A stretch of 64,000 bases of DNA, from contig CBDESZ010000004.1 of assembly GCA_965242725.1 (NCBI GenBank), positions 64,001 to 128,000 on the forward strand. The letters run 5' to 3'. Positions 62,150-64,000 of this stretch are shown here, piece by piece. This DNA comes from Alkalispirochaeta sp. (GTDB taxonomy: Bacteria > Spirochaetota > Spirochaetia > DSM-27196 > Alkalispirochaetaceae). The notes under the pieces were generated by a model, which was given only the letters and a program-made list of their open reading frames with translations, was not told the DNA's origin and made no database searches. Numbering within the stretch: the stretch's first letter is position 1; each line of letters starts with the position of its first letter. Both the position numbers and the translations under genes were made by a program.

Positions 62150-62596
62150 TTACTCCCGGAACATCTCCACCACTTCTTTGGGGGATGTCGAGTGTAACAG
62201 CGCTCGCATAAATGCCGGCGAGCGGGTCGTGCGGGCGATTTCGGAGAGAGCCTCGATATGGGGGCCGGACTGATCGGGCGCGGCGAGGACGAGAAAGAAC
62301 AGCTTTGACGGTTGTCCGTCGAGAGCCTGAAAATCGATACCTTCCGGTGCAAGTCCGATTGCGATCTGTATCGTGTCAACCGAATCGGTCTTGGCATGGG
62401 GTACGGCAATTCCGTCGGCAAGACCGGTGCTGCCCTTGCTTTCCCGCTCAAGCAGCGCATTGTATGCTTTGGTCTCGTCCTGTACGGTTCCGTTTCGGAC
62501 GAGGAGGTGCAATAACTCCGCAATCACGTCCGGCTTGCTCGTCGCCGAGAGGGGAACTTTGACCACCTCTTCGGTTATTTTGTCTATAAGTGCCAT
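62150..62596 (-). CDS. PTS IIA (Fru/Ntr-type) protein
   Basis: ERESKGSTGLADGIAVPHAK and DFQALDG motifs. Confidence 0.93.
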   Translation of the reverse strand: MALIDKITEEVVKVPLSATSKPDVIAELLHLLVRNGTVQDETKAYNALLERESKGSTGLADGIAVPHAKTDSVDTIQIAIGLAPEGIDFQALDGQPSKLFFLVLAAPDQSGPHIEALSEIARTTRSPAFMRALLHSTSPKEVVEMFRE

Positions 62597-62609
62597 AGCT
62601 CCCCTCTCG

Positions 62610-63107
62610 TCATACCTCATATACGCCGGCTTCAAACAGCTCTTCCACCCGATCTTCATTCTTGACGATCAATACGGAACATGGAACGCTGCGCATTACC
62701 CGTTCCGCCTCGTTGTAGAACTCGTCACGACGGCTGCGGACGTGGGCGAGTTCTCCCAGAATGAGAAGATCCACATTCCGTTCGTCCACCAGCCGGAGTA
62801 TCTCCTGGTGAACGGATCCGTTCACCTTGATCGTCTCCAGGACGACACCTTTCCCTTCGGCTTCACGTTTCGCATGGCCCAGGTAGCGGTGAGCGTCCTC
62901 CTCAAGGTCTCTAGTGTACTCCGCTTCCTCGTCGGCAAGGAAGATATGGGTCTTCACGAGATCGGTCAGCGCCCGGGTATTCACAACATACGTTGCCAAC
63001 AACGCCGCACCGATCGCTTTGGCCAGAAGAACGGCATATTGGCATGCCACAAGTGATTCCTCGCTTCCGTCGAGGTAGACCATGATACGTTCAATCGGTC
63101 CTTTCAT
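62610..63107 (-). CDS. Universal stress protein
   Basis: IMVYLDGSEES, DLLILG and AERVMRSVPCSVLIVK motifs. Confidence 0.92.
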   Translation of the reverse strand: MKGPIERIMVYLDGSEESLVACQYAVLLAKAIGAALLATYVVNTRALTDLVKTHIFLADEEAEYTRDLEEDAHRYLGHAKREAEGKGVVLETIKVNGSVHQEILRLVDERNVDLLILGELAHVRSRRDEFYNEAERVMRSVPCSVLIVKNEDRVEELFEAGVYEV

Positions 63108-63739
63108 TGGCGCTGCTCCTTTGCCTCCAGGCGCGTCTTGACCGCTTTCATCAGGCTGAACATTTCCCGCTCGTTTTCCTCGAGGCGCTCCTGAATCTGT
63201 TTCACTGCGCTCTCGAGTTCGGGAATCGCGATCCGTTCAAGGGCGTTGACTTTGCGCATCGTCCGTCGCACCTCGGCGGCGAGGCGAAAGATGGACACTT
63301 TAAGTTCCGCCAGTCGGCCCATGAGTGCAAGGGCTTCCCGAAACCCCTGAATACTGTGGTCAACCCGGAACGAGGTTCCCGTCGGACTGTAGTAGGGCGG
63401 ATTTTCGGTAAACTCCGTTTCCACCACGGGCAGGCGGACACCCATAACTTTTCGCTGCCGGAGCTGTATCTCACTGTGGATGTTAACCGCTCCGGCAAGG
63501 TGAATCAGCTGCACCTTGCCTCCGGCGAGGGCCGCCTGCTGCAGACTGGCGTGGGCCTCTTCAAGCGCGCGATAGACCTGTTTCTCAAAATCGGTCGCCT
63601 GGTCCACCAGGCCGAGGAGTTCTATTACCAGGATATTCCGCTTCTGATCGAGGAGTTCATACCCCTGCCGTGCAAACCTGAGCTCATCGGAGAGGGCAAG
63701 GAGGTTGCTTTTAGTCGGGGCAACGTTACGGCCGGCCAT
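63104..63739 (-). CDS. ntpD: V/A-type ATP synthase subunit D
   Basis: PTKSNL, GYELLDQKR, VMGV and RKVNALE motifs. Confidence 0.95.
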   Translation of the reverse strand: MAGRNVAPTKSNLLALSDELRFARQGYELLDQKRNILVIELLGLVDQATDFEKQVYRALEEAHASLQQAALAGGKVQLIHLAGAVNIHSEIQLRQRKVMGVRLPVVETEFTENPPYYSPTGTSFRVDHSIQGFREALALMGRLAELKVSIFRLAAEVRRTMRKVNALERIAIPELESAVKQIQERLEENEREMFSLMKAVKTRLEAKEQRQ

Positions 63740-63744
63740 GTTGC

Positions 63745-64000
63745 TCAGGTCCGTTCATAATATTCGTCGATCTCCTGTTCCGTTACCCGATGGAGTTCTT
63801 CCGGCGGGAGCGTTGAGAGCGCCTGCCATCCGAGATCGAGAGTCTGATCGATAGTGCGATCCTCATCCGCCTTTTGGGTGACGAAGTGCCGCTCAAAGTT
63901 TTCACCGAACTCAAGATATTGCTGGTCCAGCGGCGTCAGCTCGTCCTCTCCGATGACGGAGGCCAGATTGCGGACATCCTTGACGTAGCTGTAGGCGGCA
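63745..64000 (-). CDS. ntpB: V/A-type ATP synthase subunit B, C-terminal part (runs off the window)
   Basis: Hand translation: LASVIGEDELTPLDQQYLEFGENFERHFVTQ...RTIDQTLDLGW. Confidence 0.92.
   Translation of the reverse strand, partial: AAYSYVKDVRNLASVIGEDELTPLDQQYLEFGENFERHFVTQKADEDRTIDQTLDLGWQALSTLPPEELHRVTEQEIDEYYERT

Overview
GC-rich bacterial chromosomal segment. The V-type ATPase genes, several chemoreceptors, the style of the sugar-binding lipoproteins and an RRM protein suggest a free-living spirochaete (inference). The window opens with the trailer end of a CRISPR array that switches, inside one chimeric repeat, from 29-bp type I-E repeats to 32-bp type I-C repeats; a possible second hybrid orphan repeat lies about 670 bp further on. 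The first 33 kb contain about 8 intact or eroded toxin-antitoxin modules (HEPN/MNT, VapBC), including three related copies of one vapBC locus, two of which sit where neighbouring genes are truncated. The rest comprises a two-component/ABC/GH78 rhamnosidase locus, chemoreceptors and CheW, a ROK kinase, adjacent anaerobic and aerobic sulfatase-maturation genes, metR-metE, a GH32/ABC/GT4/GalT-like fructoside locus, MFS and RND efflux genes, YcaQ, a serine-palmitoyltransferase-like enzyme and the end of a V-ATPase operon. Several +1 homopolymer frameshifts suggest consensus errors in the assembly. No cas, rRNA or tRNA genes were recognised. All product calls come from reading motifs; no database search was run.
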